Of a stretch of 64,000 nucleotides of DNA, positions 15,359 to 23,431 are shown piece after piece. Position 1 is the stretch's first letter. Every line of letters begins with the position of its first letter. A model generated the notes under the pieces. The model searched no databases and had not been told where the DNA came from. It worked only from the letters and a program-made list of their open reading frames with translations. Both the position numbers and the translations under genes were made by a program. This DNA comes from an uncultured bacterium (GTDB lineage: Bacteria; Fidelibacterota; Marinisomatia; Marinisomatales; Marinisomataceae): assembly GCA_905182795.1 (NCBI GenBank), contig CAJJCZ010000010.1, forward strand, positions 21,013 through 85,012, given 5' to 3'.

Positions 15359-15385
15359 AAAGACTATTAGCTTAGGGTAGTCTTT
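15359..15385. terminator. Hairpin 1 of a related pair (AAAGACTA-11 nt loop-TAGTCTTT)
   Basis: 8-bp stem (15359-15366 pairs with 15378-15385), flanked by A-rich and T-rich runs. It shares the outer arm AAAAGACT with hairpin 2. Confidence 0.3.
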
Positions 15386-15418
15386 AATTAGATATTGTAC
15401 GCAAATACAAGCAATCGA

Positions 15419-15455
15419 AAAGACTCTGAGGTTGGCGCTACAGAGTCTTTTTTGT
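15419..15455. terminator. Rho-independent terminator-like hairpin 2 (AAAAGACTCTG-loop-CAGAGTCTTTTTT), stronger in the + direction
   Basis: 11-bp stem followed by T6 on the + strand (gtcttttttgttt) and TTTT on the - strand. It lies in the largest non-coding gap of the window. Confidence 0.5.
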
Positions 15456-15495
15456 TTATAAAAAAGGTTGTATCTTCCAAAAGTATTTGACAATT

Positions 15496-15839
15496 GGGGG
15501 CGACCGGTTTCGACATTTTAGAAAGAAATTTTAAATTGCATGTAGAGCTTAGTACCTCTTTAAACTTCTAAACTGTATTAAGTGCCGATTATGGCCAAAT
15601 GGCTATAGCTTAGTTGCTATAACCCATCATCAGTAGGCGTTTCTCATCGCTGTCTGAATGATGTCATAAAAATGAGATAACTTATTTTTTTGCTTCGACT
15701 AAATAAGTGAACCTTAGAAGATAGTCTTATATTCGTCTGTTCTTGAACCCGTATAAGGCAAAACTCGATCAAGAAACTAAACATGTAGATATTTATCTTT
15801 TCTCTATTATGGACGGGAGTTCGAATCTCCCCGCCTCCA
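15496..15839 (+). ncRNA. ssrA: tmRNA (transfer-messenger RNA)
   Basis: 5' GGGGGCGACCGGTTTCGAC and 3' GGACGGGAGTTCGAATCTCCCCGCCTCCA. The acceptor stem GGGGGCG/CGCCTCC has the G3:U pair. The candidate tag ORF GCC GAT TAT GGC CAA ATG GCT ATA GCT TAG (15584-15613) encodes ADYGQMAIA. CCA is not fully encoded (ACA). Confidence 0.9.
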
Positions 15840-15847
15840 CATATAAA

Positions 15848-17077
15848 CTAATTTGCCTCATTAATTTCTGTAGCTGCACGTAGTCCAGAAAACAAAGCTC
15901 CTTGCATCCAACCACGATCATCTGATGCGTGTTCTCCCGCAAAATGAATACGTCCTTCAGCTAAACCAATATGATTTGCTAGAGCAGCATCTTGAGAGCT
16001 AGTAGGGGAAGCCCAGGCTCCTTGAGACCATTCTTCTTGAGCCCAAGATTGAGAGACCCCACTTTCTAGATTGCTAGTTGCACCAGGAAAAATATTTTCC
16101 CAACGGTTTAATACATAATTAATACGTTCTTGTTCGCTCAAAGCATCCATAGTCTCTGCTGGTGTCCAACGCAAATATGACATTATAATCCCAGTAGGTC
16201 CTGATAAATCCCATGTAGGTTGCCATATTTCTTCGGGCACATCACTATTCCCCCAACCACTCAATGATTCATTTTCCCAAAATCGATTTTGAAATTGCAT
16301 ATAAATTCTAGTAGAAGGAGCGTAGCGATATCCTCCATTCATTGCAGTTTGTTTTTCAGAAGATAATGATGGTGTAAATTGAATTTTACTAAGAACAGTT
16401 AAGGGTACGGTACACAATATTCTATCTGCAGTGAATTGATTCCCATTGGAAGTCTGGACAGTTACACTATTGCTTCCTTGCTGTATAGAACTGACTGGAG
16501 CACCAAGATATATTTTATTATTTAAGACACTAGAGTTAGAGAATGCATGAGGCAATAGATCAGAGCCTCCACGTATTTTTAAGTATTCTTTACGTAAAAT
16601 AGATCCATAACTGGTATTCAAATATGTATTATTGGCGATAATGTCACGATTCCCATTTGATATATTGATGTAATCTCCAGATGTTGCATAGAAAGGATCT
16701 AAGTCTAAATTAAAATGATTAGCATAGCCTAAGGTTAAATTATGACTAGGTTTTATTCTTGCTGCACCCCCTTCTGCAAAATGATTATTTGAAAAAGGAG
16801 ATCGAATGGTTAATACTCTTCCACCTATCCTATCTCTTGCCTCTAGTATGGTCACGTCATGACCTGCTCTTACTAATTCATATCCAGCCACTAGACCAGA
16901 CATTCCAGCACCTATTACTATAATTTTTTTATTACCACCATTTGTATCTAACATCCCTGGAGAGTTAGCAATCGTAGTAGGTGTAATATTGTTGTCTTCG
17001 CAGGAGATTATTAAGGATGCTCCGGCAGAAAGGATTAAACTTCTTCGAATAAATTCTCGTCTTGTTAGATCGGACAT
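15848..17077 (-). CDS. Flavin-containing amine oxidase (monoamine / L-amino-acid oxidase family), predicted Tat-exported lipoprotein
   Basis: 409 aa with a twin-arginine signal TRREFIRR and lipobox-like LIISC. It has the FAD dinucleotide fold KKIIVIGAGMSGLVAGYEL...ILEARDRIGGR and a C-terminal FAGEH motif. Confidence 0.85.
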   Translation of the reverse strand: MSDLTRREFIRRSLILSAGASLIISCEDNNITPTTIANSPGMLDTNGGNKKIIVIGAGMSGLVAGYELVRAGHDVTILEARDRIGGRVLTIRSPFSNNHFAEGGAARIKPSHNLTLGYANHFNLDLDPFYATSGDYINISNGNRDIIANNTYLNTSYGSILRKEYLKIRGGSDLLPHAFSNSSVLNNKIYLGAPVSSIQQGSNSVTVQTSNGNQFTADRILCTVPLTVLSKIQFTPSLSSEKQTAMNGGYRYAPSTRIYMQFQNRFWENESLSGWGNSDVPEEIWQPTWDLSGPTGIIMSYLRWTPAETMDALSEQERINYVLNRWENIFPGATSNLESGVSQSWAQEEWSQGAWASPTSSQDAALANHIGLAEGRIHFAGEHASDDRGWMQGALFSGLRAATEINEAN

Positions 17078-17083
17078 AATACT

Positions 17084-18703
17084 TTACATTTTTTCAGGAG
17101 CAGTGATTCCTAAAATAGATAATCCTGTTTTTAAAATAATTTGCGTAGCATTACAAAGATTTTTTCGTGCATAAGATAGAGGAATATTATCAAGATTAAT
17201 GACCTTATGATTTCCATAAAATTTATGATATGATGCAGCGACTTCTTCAAGATAAGTAGCCAATTTCCTTGGTTCTAAAGATTCATATATCTCATCCATT
17301 TTTTTTGGGAATGTAGATAGTTTTTTTATTAACAATATCTCATCTTTTTCTACTAGTAGACTTAAATCAAGATCTGTTTTTTCTTTTATATCGTTATTAT
17401 ACCTTACAATTAAATTAGAAATTCTTGCATGTGCATACTGTAGATAATAAACAGGATTTTTTTCAGACTCATCTTTTGCTAAGTCAAAATCAAAATCTAG
17501 ATGGCTATTTGCTCCCCTCATAATGAAGAAATATCTAACAACATCTACTCCCAATTGATCAATAAGATCATCCAGTGTAATAAAATTTCCTTTACGAGTA
17601 GACATTTTCACAACTTCATTGTCTTTCTTAAGAGTAACAAATTGATGTACTATGACTTTAATATGATCTATTTTTTTACCTAGAGCTTCTAGTCCAAGCA
17701 AAACATCCGGGTATGCATCAATATGATCTGCGCCAAATATATCTACAATTAAATCAAATCCTCTATCTACTTTGTCGATATGATATGCAATATCAGGTAA
17801 GCGGTAGGTAGGTTCACCGGTGCTTTTTACTAAGACCCTATCTTCTTTTTTACCCAGACTGCTAGTTTTAAACCAAGTAGCACCATCTTTTTTATATAAC
17901 AAAGATAATTTTTCTAGTTCTTTTAATACGTTGTCTACTGCGCCATTGTCATAAAATGTTTGTTCTTGAGAAAAAAGATCAAATTCGATTCTTAAATTTT
18001 TTAGAGTGTTCTTAATGCTATCAAAGATTTTTTCTTCTGTAAAAGTCCTAAACTGTTCACTATTTGAGTCTAAGTCTTTTCCAAACTTTCTAATAATTTC
18101 ATCTGCAATATCATCTAAATATTCTCCAACATATCCGTTTTCTGGAGGGGTAACATCCTTACCAATTTTTTTTGCGTATTTTGCATAAGAGGATTCGGCC
18201 AACATACGCATTTGTTTTCCTGCATTATTATAATAATACTCTCTTGTCACATTATATCCATGCCACGATAGTATGCTTGAGACCATATCGCCAAGTATAG
18301 TATTTCTACCATGACCGGCAGTCAATGGTCCAGTAGGGTTACTACTGACAAATTCTACATTAGCTGACCTATCATGTTTTGTAGGCTTTCCAAAATCAGT
18401 ACCCTCATTTAGGATATTATTCATGATATCTAAGTAATAATGGGTTGAAATGTTAAAATTGACAAACCCAGGTTTAGTGGCAGAAACAGAAAACAGTTTT
18501 TCATTTTTATTATGATAGGCTACTAATGCTTCAGCAATCTCCATTGGGTTCTTCCCAATTTTTTTTGATAAGATTAGTGCAACATTAGATGAATAATCTC
18601 CAAAACCTTCTCTGATATTTATTGAAACACTCCAATTAGAAAGCTCGAAGTCGTTACTTGTTAAATAGTCATCTATAAAAGATTCTAATTGTTTTTGAAT
18701 CAT
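17084..18703 (-). CDS. argS: Arginine--tRNA ligase
   Basis: 539 aa with the class I HIGH variant SSNPTGPLTAGHGRN and the KMSKS variant KMSTRKG. Confidence 0.95.
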   Translation of the reverse strand: MIQKQLESFIDDYLTSNDFELSNWSVSINIREGFGDYSSNVALILSKKIGKNPMEIAEALVAYHNKNEKLFSVSATKPGFVNFNISTHYYLDIMNNILNEGTDFGKPTKHDRSANVEFVSSNPTGPLTAGHGRNTILGDMVSSILSWHGYNVTREYYYNNAGKQMRMLAESSYAKYAKKIGKDVTPPENGYVGEYLDDIADEIIRKFGKDLDSNSEQFRTFTEEKIFDSIKNTLKNLRIEFDLFSQEQTFYDNGAVDNVLKELEKLSLLYKKDGATWFKTSSLGKKEDRVLVKSTGEPTYRLPDIAYHIDKVDRGFDLIVDIFGADHIDAYPDVLLGLEALGKKIDHIKVIVHQFVTLKKDNEVVKMSTRKGNFITLDDLIDQLGVDVVRYFFIMRGANSHLDFDFDLAKDESEKNPVYYLQYAHARISNLIVRYNNDIKEKTDLDLSLLVEKDEILLIKKLSTFPKKMDEIYESLEPRKLATYLEEVAASYHKFYGNHKVINLDNIPLSYARKNLCNATQIILKTGLSILGITAPEKM

Positions 18704-19032
18704 TATATTTTTACAGTTTTTGCATCAAACCAGAGACGTTCTAGATCATAGTATTCACGTGTTTCCTCAAAAAAAATATGTACTACTATATCTACATAGT
18801 CAATAATAATCCAATTAGCATTCTGATATCCTTCAGTACGAAAAGGTTTTTCTGTAATGTTATCTTTGATATTATCAGCAATTGCTTTTACCTGTATAAG
18901 GTTTTTAGCAGAACAAATAACAAAGTAATCAGACAAAGAAGTAATTTTAGAAATATTAAGCGTTACTAAATCTTCAGCTTTTTTTTCTTCAGCAAGACCG
19001 ACAATTTGTTTTAATAATGGATTTGTTTTCAT
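18703..19032 (-). CDS. rsfS: Ribosome silencing factor RsfS (iojap family)
   Basis: 109 aa with DYFVICSA...Q..AI and WIIIDYVDIVVHIF...REYYDLERLW, typical of RsfS. Confidence 0.85.
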   Translation of the reverse strand: MKTNPLLKQIVGLAEEKKAEDLVTLNISKITSLSDYFVICSAKNLIQVKAIADNIKDNITEKPFRTEGYQNANWIIIDYVDIVVHIFFEETREYYDLERLWFDAKTVKI

Positions 19033-19502
19033 GAGTTCAAGTTAAGAAAATCTGAGTAGTCTTTTCCAATGATTATTTGAATATCTTCTTCGGGGTTATA
19101 AGAGCTATTAAATTTTACATTTTCATCATTGATATTCATACCTAGAAGTGTAAGTAAGTTTTCAATATTGGGGTTAGAATCATTAATGATGAGTACTTTT
19201 GTTGTTTCATAATCAAAGTGATCTGCGTTTTCAGTTCTTACAATAACCAATCCATATTTACTATTTAGTAAATCAGAAAATTGATTACCTACTCCACTTA
19301 CTCCACACCCATTTAAGATAGCCACCTTTAAAGTTTGATTATCATAATTTTCGAATAGTTTAATTTTTTGTATCGACTCTATATTAGAAGAGGGGGCACT
19401 CATTGTGATATTTTGGGCAAGAAAATTCTTTGATAAAGACCATCCAAAAACTATAATAATAAATGACAGTATGATTATAATAGAATCAAGGAAATACTTC
19501 AT
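19029..19502 (-). CDS. Membrane-anchored LytR_C (LytR cell-envelope-related C-terminal) domain protein
   Basis: 157 aa with an N-terminal TM helix. The KVAILNGCGVSGVGNQFSDLL pattern is characteristic of LytR_C domains. Confidence 0.65.
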   Translation of the reverse strand: MKYFLDSIIIILSFIIIVFGWSLSKNFLAQNITMSAPSSNIESIQKIKLFENYDNQTLKVAILNGCGVSGVGNQFSDLLNSKYGLVIVRTENADHFDYETTKVLIINDSNPNIENLLTLLGMNINDENVKFNSSYNPEEDIQIIIGKDYSDFLNLNS

Positions 19503-20227
19503 TGTGCGCTGTTTTCCAAAGAGCTTAGTTGGTTGATAGTATTGATTCCCATAACCTCTGAAGGGTCTTTAATTATTTCTGCCTGTACTGGCATTTTTTT
19601 ACCAATTAATTCTATGACATCAGTTAGATAATATTCATTTTGCGCATTACTAGATTTTATTTTTCTTAATTCTTTAAATAGATGTGAGATCTTAAAGATA
19701 AATATGCCTGAATTAATTTCTTTAATTTTTTTCTCAATCGAATTGCAATCTTTCTGTTCAACAATTTTTAATAACTGCCCAGTATTACTTCTTATAATTC
19801 TACCATATCCTGTTGAGTCAGTAGGTATAGCAGTAATGACTGTTGCAGCATAGTTCTTCTTAATATGCTCACTAATAATAGGCTTAAGGCTAGTAGACTT
19901 GATATTAGGAACATCACCCGATAAAATTAATAAATGCCCACTTTTATTTTCCAACTTATCAGCCATTTGAAGAACAGCATGTCCAGTACCTAGTTGTTGG
20001 TCTTGTGATACATAATCTACGTTATCGGCATGTATATGATTTTTGACTAGCTCTTTTTCAAATCCAACTACAAGCGTTATTGATTTAGGCATTAATTCTG
20101 ATGCTGTTTCTAGTACATAGTCAATCAAGCTCTTACCATTTAACTGATGAAGCACTTTAGGCAAGTCTGATTCCATTCTTGAGCCTTTACCTGCCGCAAG
20201 AATACCGATATGTAATTTATTGTTCAT
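19499..20227 (-). CDS. Nucleotidyltransferase resembling the GlmU N-terminal (uridyltransferase) domain, with no acetyltransferase domain
   Basis: The start MNNKLHIGILAAGKGSRMESDLPKVLH carries the G-x-G-T/S-R-M signature. The ATG at 20227 shares one base with the mnmA stop. The longer ORF reaching 20287 lies inside mnmA. The gene ends at about 242 aa, before any left-handed beta-helix repeats. Confidence 0.75.
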   Translation of the reverse strand: MNNKLHIGILAAGKGSRMESDLPKVLHQLNGKSLIDYVLETASELMPKSITLVVGFEKELVKNHIHADNVDYVSQDQQLGTGHAVLQMADKLENKSGHLLILSGDVPNIKSTSLKPIISEHIKKNYAATVITAIPTDSTGYGRIIRSNTGQLLKIVEQKDCNSIEKKIKEINSGIFIFKISHLFKELRKIKSSNAQNEYYLTDVIELIGKKMPVQAEIIKDPSEVMGINTINQLSSLENSAQ

Positions 20228-21333
20228 TAAAGAGTTTCCTTCAAAAAAGGTATGTCTCTTTTTGCTATAATACCACCCCCAATACAAACATTTTCTTTAT
20301 TATAAAGCACAATAGATTGTCCTGGAGTGATAGCTTTTTGTTCAGATGCAAATTCAATACAATATGTATTGTTATCTAAAGAAGAAATAGTACATAATTT
20401 ATCTTCATCTCGGTACCTTACTTTGGCATAGTAGTTTTTTGGAAAGGTTGTAGGTTTTTTATTAATCCAATTAATATGCTCAACTATGATTGTTTTACTA
20501 AATAGTGCAGGATGATTTTCACCTTGCGCCACAAATACAATATTACGTTGGATATCTTTTTTTACCACATACCAAGGCCTATCTTCAGCGCTAAATCTTG
20601 CACCAATCCCCAATCCTCTTCTTTGCCCAATTGTAAAGTAGATATGTCCATCATGTTTGCCTAAAATTTCTCCATCAATTGATTGAATAATCCCTTTTTC
20701 TGTGGTTAAATATGTTCCTACAAAATCATTATATTTTCTTTCTCCTATAAAACATATTCCAGTACTATCTTTTTTATTGTAATTAATAAGAGCATGTTTT
20801 TTTGCAATAGTTCGCACATCTTTTTTTAGGATTTTTCCTAAAGGAAAGATTGTATCCTTCAGTTCTGGTTGCCCTAGTTGATGAAGGAAGTAACTTTGGT
20901 CTTTTGATATATCTGTTGCTTTTTTTAGATAACAAGTAGCGTCAGTTGTATGTTTATCTGCATAATGCCCTGTAGCAATTTTTGTAGCTCCTATTTCTTT
21001 AGCATAACTTTGGAAAACCTCAAACTTGATCTCTTTATTGCATAATATATCAGGATTTGGAGTAAGTCCATGTATATGATCGTCTAGAAATTGTTTAAAT
21101 ACTTTATCTTTGTATTGAGCAGTATAATCAATTTTTTTTAGAGGAATATTAAGTTTTTTACATACACTTAAAGCATCAGCATAGTCATCTTCTGCAGAAC
21201 ATATTGCATGCTTATCGTCCCAATTTTTCATAAATATTCCATGTACATCATAGCCGTCTTTCTGTAAAAGCAGTGCGGCAACAGAGCTATCAACTCCACC
21301 ACTAATTCCTAATACTATTTTTTCTTTTTTCAT
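20227..21333 (-). CDS. mnmA: tRNA 2-thiouridine(34) synthase
   Basis: 368 aa with the PP-loop VLGISGGVDSSVAA and the conserved ATGHYA and CFIGE regions. Confidence 0.95.
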   Translation of the reverse strand: MKKEKIVLGISGGVDSSVAALLLQKDGYDVHGIFMKNWDDKHAICSAEDDYADALSVCKKLNIPLKKIDYTAQYKDKVFKQFLDDHIHGLTPNPDILCNKEIKFEVFQSYAKEIGATKIATGHYADKHTTDATCYLKKATDISKDQSYFLHQLGQPELKDTIFPLGKILKKDVRTIAKKHALINYNKKDSTGICFIGERKYNDFVGTYLTTEKGIIQSIDGEILGKHDGHIYFTIGQRRGLGIGARFSAEDRPWYVVKKDIQRNIVFVAQGENHPALFSKTIIVEHINWINKKPTTFPKNYYAKVRYRDEDKLCTISSLDNNTYCIEFASEQKAITPGQSIVLYNKENVCIGGGIIAKRDIPFLKETL

Positions 21334-21366
21334 TTAGTTTCCGTTGTTATCTTAATAAAAAAAAAT

Positions 21367-22272
21367 ATGACTTCAAATTACTCACATAAAGCACTTGTTT
21401 TTGGTTCCTTAAGTATCGATAAGATAGTTAATAGATACGGGACATACCCAGATGTATTGGGTGGGTCTGCTTCTTATGCCTTATTAGCCACCAAGCAAAA
21501 AGAATGTCAATTGGTCGGTATGGTAGGAAGTGATTTCCCAAAAGAACACTTTAATCTTTTAGGGAATCATTCAATAAATTTAGAGGATTTAAAAATAGAA
21601 GAAGGAAAAACATTCGCTTGGGGAGGTGAGTATGCACACGATTTTTCTACAAGAGAAACACTGTATGTAGATCCGGGAGTTTCAGAAAAATATATGCCTA
21701 TTTTATCTGAGGAGGCTAAACAATGTGAATTTTTATTGCTAGGGAATGCTCACCCCAATTTACAGCTTACGGTTTTAGACCAAATCGAATCAAATCCTTT
21801 TATCATATTAGATACGTTTAAATTGTATATGGATATAGCAAAAAATGATTTAAAAAAAATTATTTCTAAATCTAATTTATTATGCATCAACTATAATGAA
21901 GCGGTGTATTTATCTGGATTATCAAACTCTACTTTACAAGAAATGGCAGAATGTATACTAGACATGGGTACAGATAGCCTTATTATTAAACAGGGAGACG
22001 ATGGAGCTTCTTTTTTTGATAGTAATACTTATTTTTCTATAGGAGCATACCCTGTTAAGACTGTTATGGACACTACTGGCGCTGGAGATGCTTTTGCAGG
22101 AGGATTATTATCATCTAAAATGGCTGGGAAAAATATTGAAGACGCTATGATAGCTGGAGCAACAATGGCATCTTTCTGTATTGAGAATATTGCACATGAA
22201 GGTATAGTTACTGTTCCTGATATAGAATATCAATTACGAAAAGAATGGATTAAATCTACTCTTACCTATTGA
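21367..22272 (+). CDS. PfkB family carbohydrate/nucleoside kinase
   Basis: 301 aa with the PfkB signature DTTGAGDAFAGG near the C-terminus. Confidence 0.85.
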   Translation: MTSNYSHKALVFGSLSIDKIVNRYGTYPDVLGGSASYALLATKQKECQLVGMVGSDFPKEHFNLLGNHSINLEDLKIEEGKTFAWGGEYAHDFSTRETLYVDPGVSEKYMPILSEEAKQCEFLLLGNAHPNLQLTVLDQIESNPFIILDTFKLYMDIAKNDLKKIISKSNLLCINYNEAVYLSGLSNSTLQEMAECILDMGTDSLIIKQGDDGASFFDSNTYFSIGAYPVKTVMDTTGAGDAFAGGLLSSKMAGKNIEDAMIAGATMASFCIENIAHEGIVTVPDIEYQLRKEWIKSTLTY

Positions 22273-22319
22273 AATCTGACAATAATACTACTAACTTGTT
22301 CCTATAAAATGGAGGATAT

Positions 22320-23420
22320 ATGTTTATAAACGCTATAAAACACTTTTTTATTACACTAATACTGGTTTCTACACTTTTTGCTGGACAAGATTTAGAATCT
22401 GCAAAAATCAGATTAAAAGATAGGGAATGGGACGCAGCCAAAGAATTTTTGTTGAAAGCTATAAATCACCCAAAAGATAAATGGGAAGCAGCATTCCATC
22501 TAGGAGATAAAATCTATCCTAGAAGTCAAGAATGGGCAAAAGTAAAAGAGTATATGGATATTGCTAGTACTGCATCACCAACTGCTAAAGTTCGACCTAC
22601 TCCAAATGATAAAAAAATATTAATGTCACAGGCGGTTTCAGCCTCATTAGCAAAAAGCTATAATTTAATCTATTACAGAGGTCAAGGATTTTTAAGTCTA
22701 TTAAATAAAGTAGAAGATGCAGACAAGCGAAATGCTTTAGTAGATCAAGCAATTGAAACTTTAACGCAAGCAAAAGTGCTAGATCCAGCGCAACCAGGTT
22801 CGTATGCATTACTCGGACTTTATTATTCTATAAAAAATGATAAAGAGAATGCCTTTAAAAATATTGATCAAGCACTAGCTTTACCAGATGTTGGTGAGGA
22901 TGTCCAATTAGCATTGCTTGTTAGTGCTGGACAAAGTGCAGTACGCTTAGGAGATTTTGACAAAGGCCTAAGCTATTATGAAAGTGCTTTAGAAATTAAT
23001 CCTCTTGAAGTACCTGCGCTTAAGAGTTTAGGTGCGTTATATCTTGCACAGGATAAATATGAGCCTGCATTGAAAAATCTTAATGCAGCAATTGAAAATT
23101 CTAATGACGATAAAGAGAAGATTGATTTATTTTTTAATAGAGGTTTAGTCTATTTAAAAATGAATGAATTTGAAGAAGCAGAATATAACTTTGAAGAAGC
23201 ATATTTTTTAGCTCCTGACGATAAAGAAGCCTTACTTGGACTTGCAAAAGCACTTGAGCAAGCAGAGAGATGGAGAAAGTCTAGAACTTACTATTTAGAA
23301 TTAATTGATTCTGATCCAAATAATGCGAGCTACTATTATGGTGTATATCGTACCTATTTTGGTGAAGGTAGATTAGAAGATGCTACAGAATACTTAACTA
23401 AAGCTAACGCTTTAAAATAG
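22320..23420 (+). CDS. Secreted TPR repeat protein
   Basis: 366 aa with a signal peptide and several TPR-like A/Y/L repeat units (for example LGALYLAQDKYEPALKNLNAAIE). A strong SD GGAGGA lies upstream. Confidence 0.7.
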   Translation: MFINAIKHFFITLILVSTLFAGQDLESAKIRLKDREWDAAKEFLLKAINHPKDKWEAAFHLGDKIYPRSQEWAKVKEYMDIASTASPTAKVRPTPNDKKILMSQAVSASLAKSYNLIYYRGQGFLSLLNKVEDADKRNALVDQAIETLTQAKVLDPAQPGSYALLGLYYSIKNDKENAFKNIDQALALPDVGEDVQLALLVSAGQSAVRLGDFDKGLSYYESALEINPLEVPALKSLGALYLAQDKYEPALKNLNAAIENSNDDKEKIDLFFNRGLVYLKMNEFEEAEYNFEEAYFLAPDDKEALLGLAKALEQAERWRKSRTYYLELIDSDPNNASYYYGVYRTYFGEGRLEDATEYLTKANALK

Positions 23421-23431
23421 TTTCTGTCTTT

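Noticed and set aside
15179-15848. Genomic island or integrase insertion at the tRNA-Lys / tmRNA hotspot (also checked at tRNA-Phe, 51513-51585)
   Set aside because: tRNA and ssrA genes are classic integration sites. Here, however, both flanks are housekeeping or operon genes packed within tens of bp. There is no integrase or recombinase ORF, and I saw no duplicated copy of a tRNA or tmRNA 3' end.
20228-20287. Longer start for the GlmU-like gene (MYWGWYYSKKRH...)
   Set aside because: The extra 20 codons lie inside the mnmA 3' end. The ATG at 20227 shares a base with the mnmA stop (TAATG) and places the G-x-G-x-R nucleotide-binding motif at the usual distance from the N-terminus.
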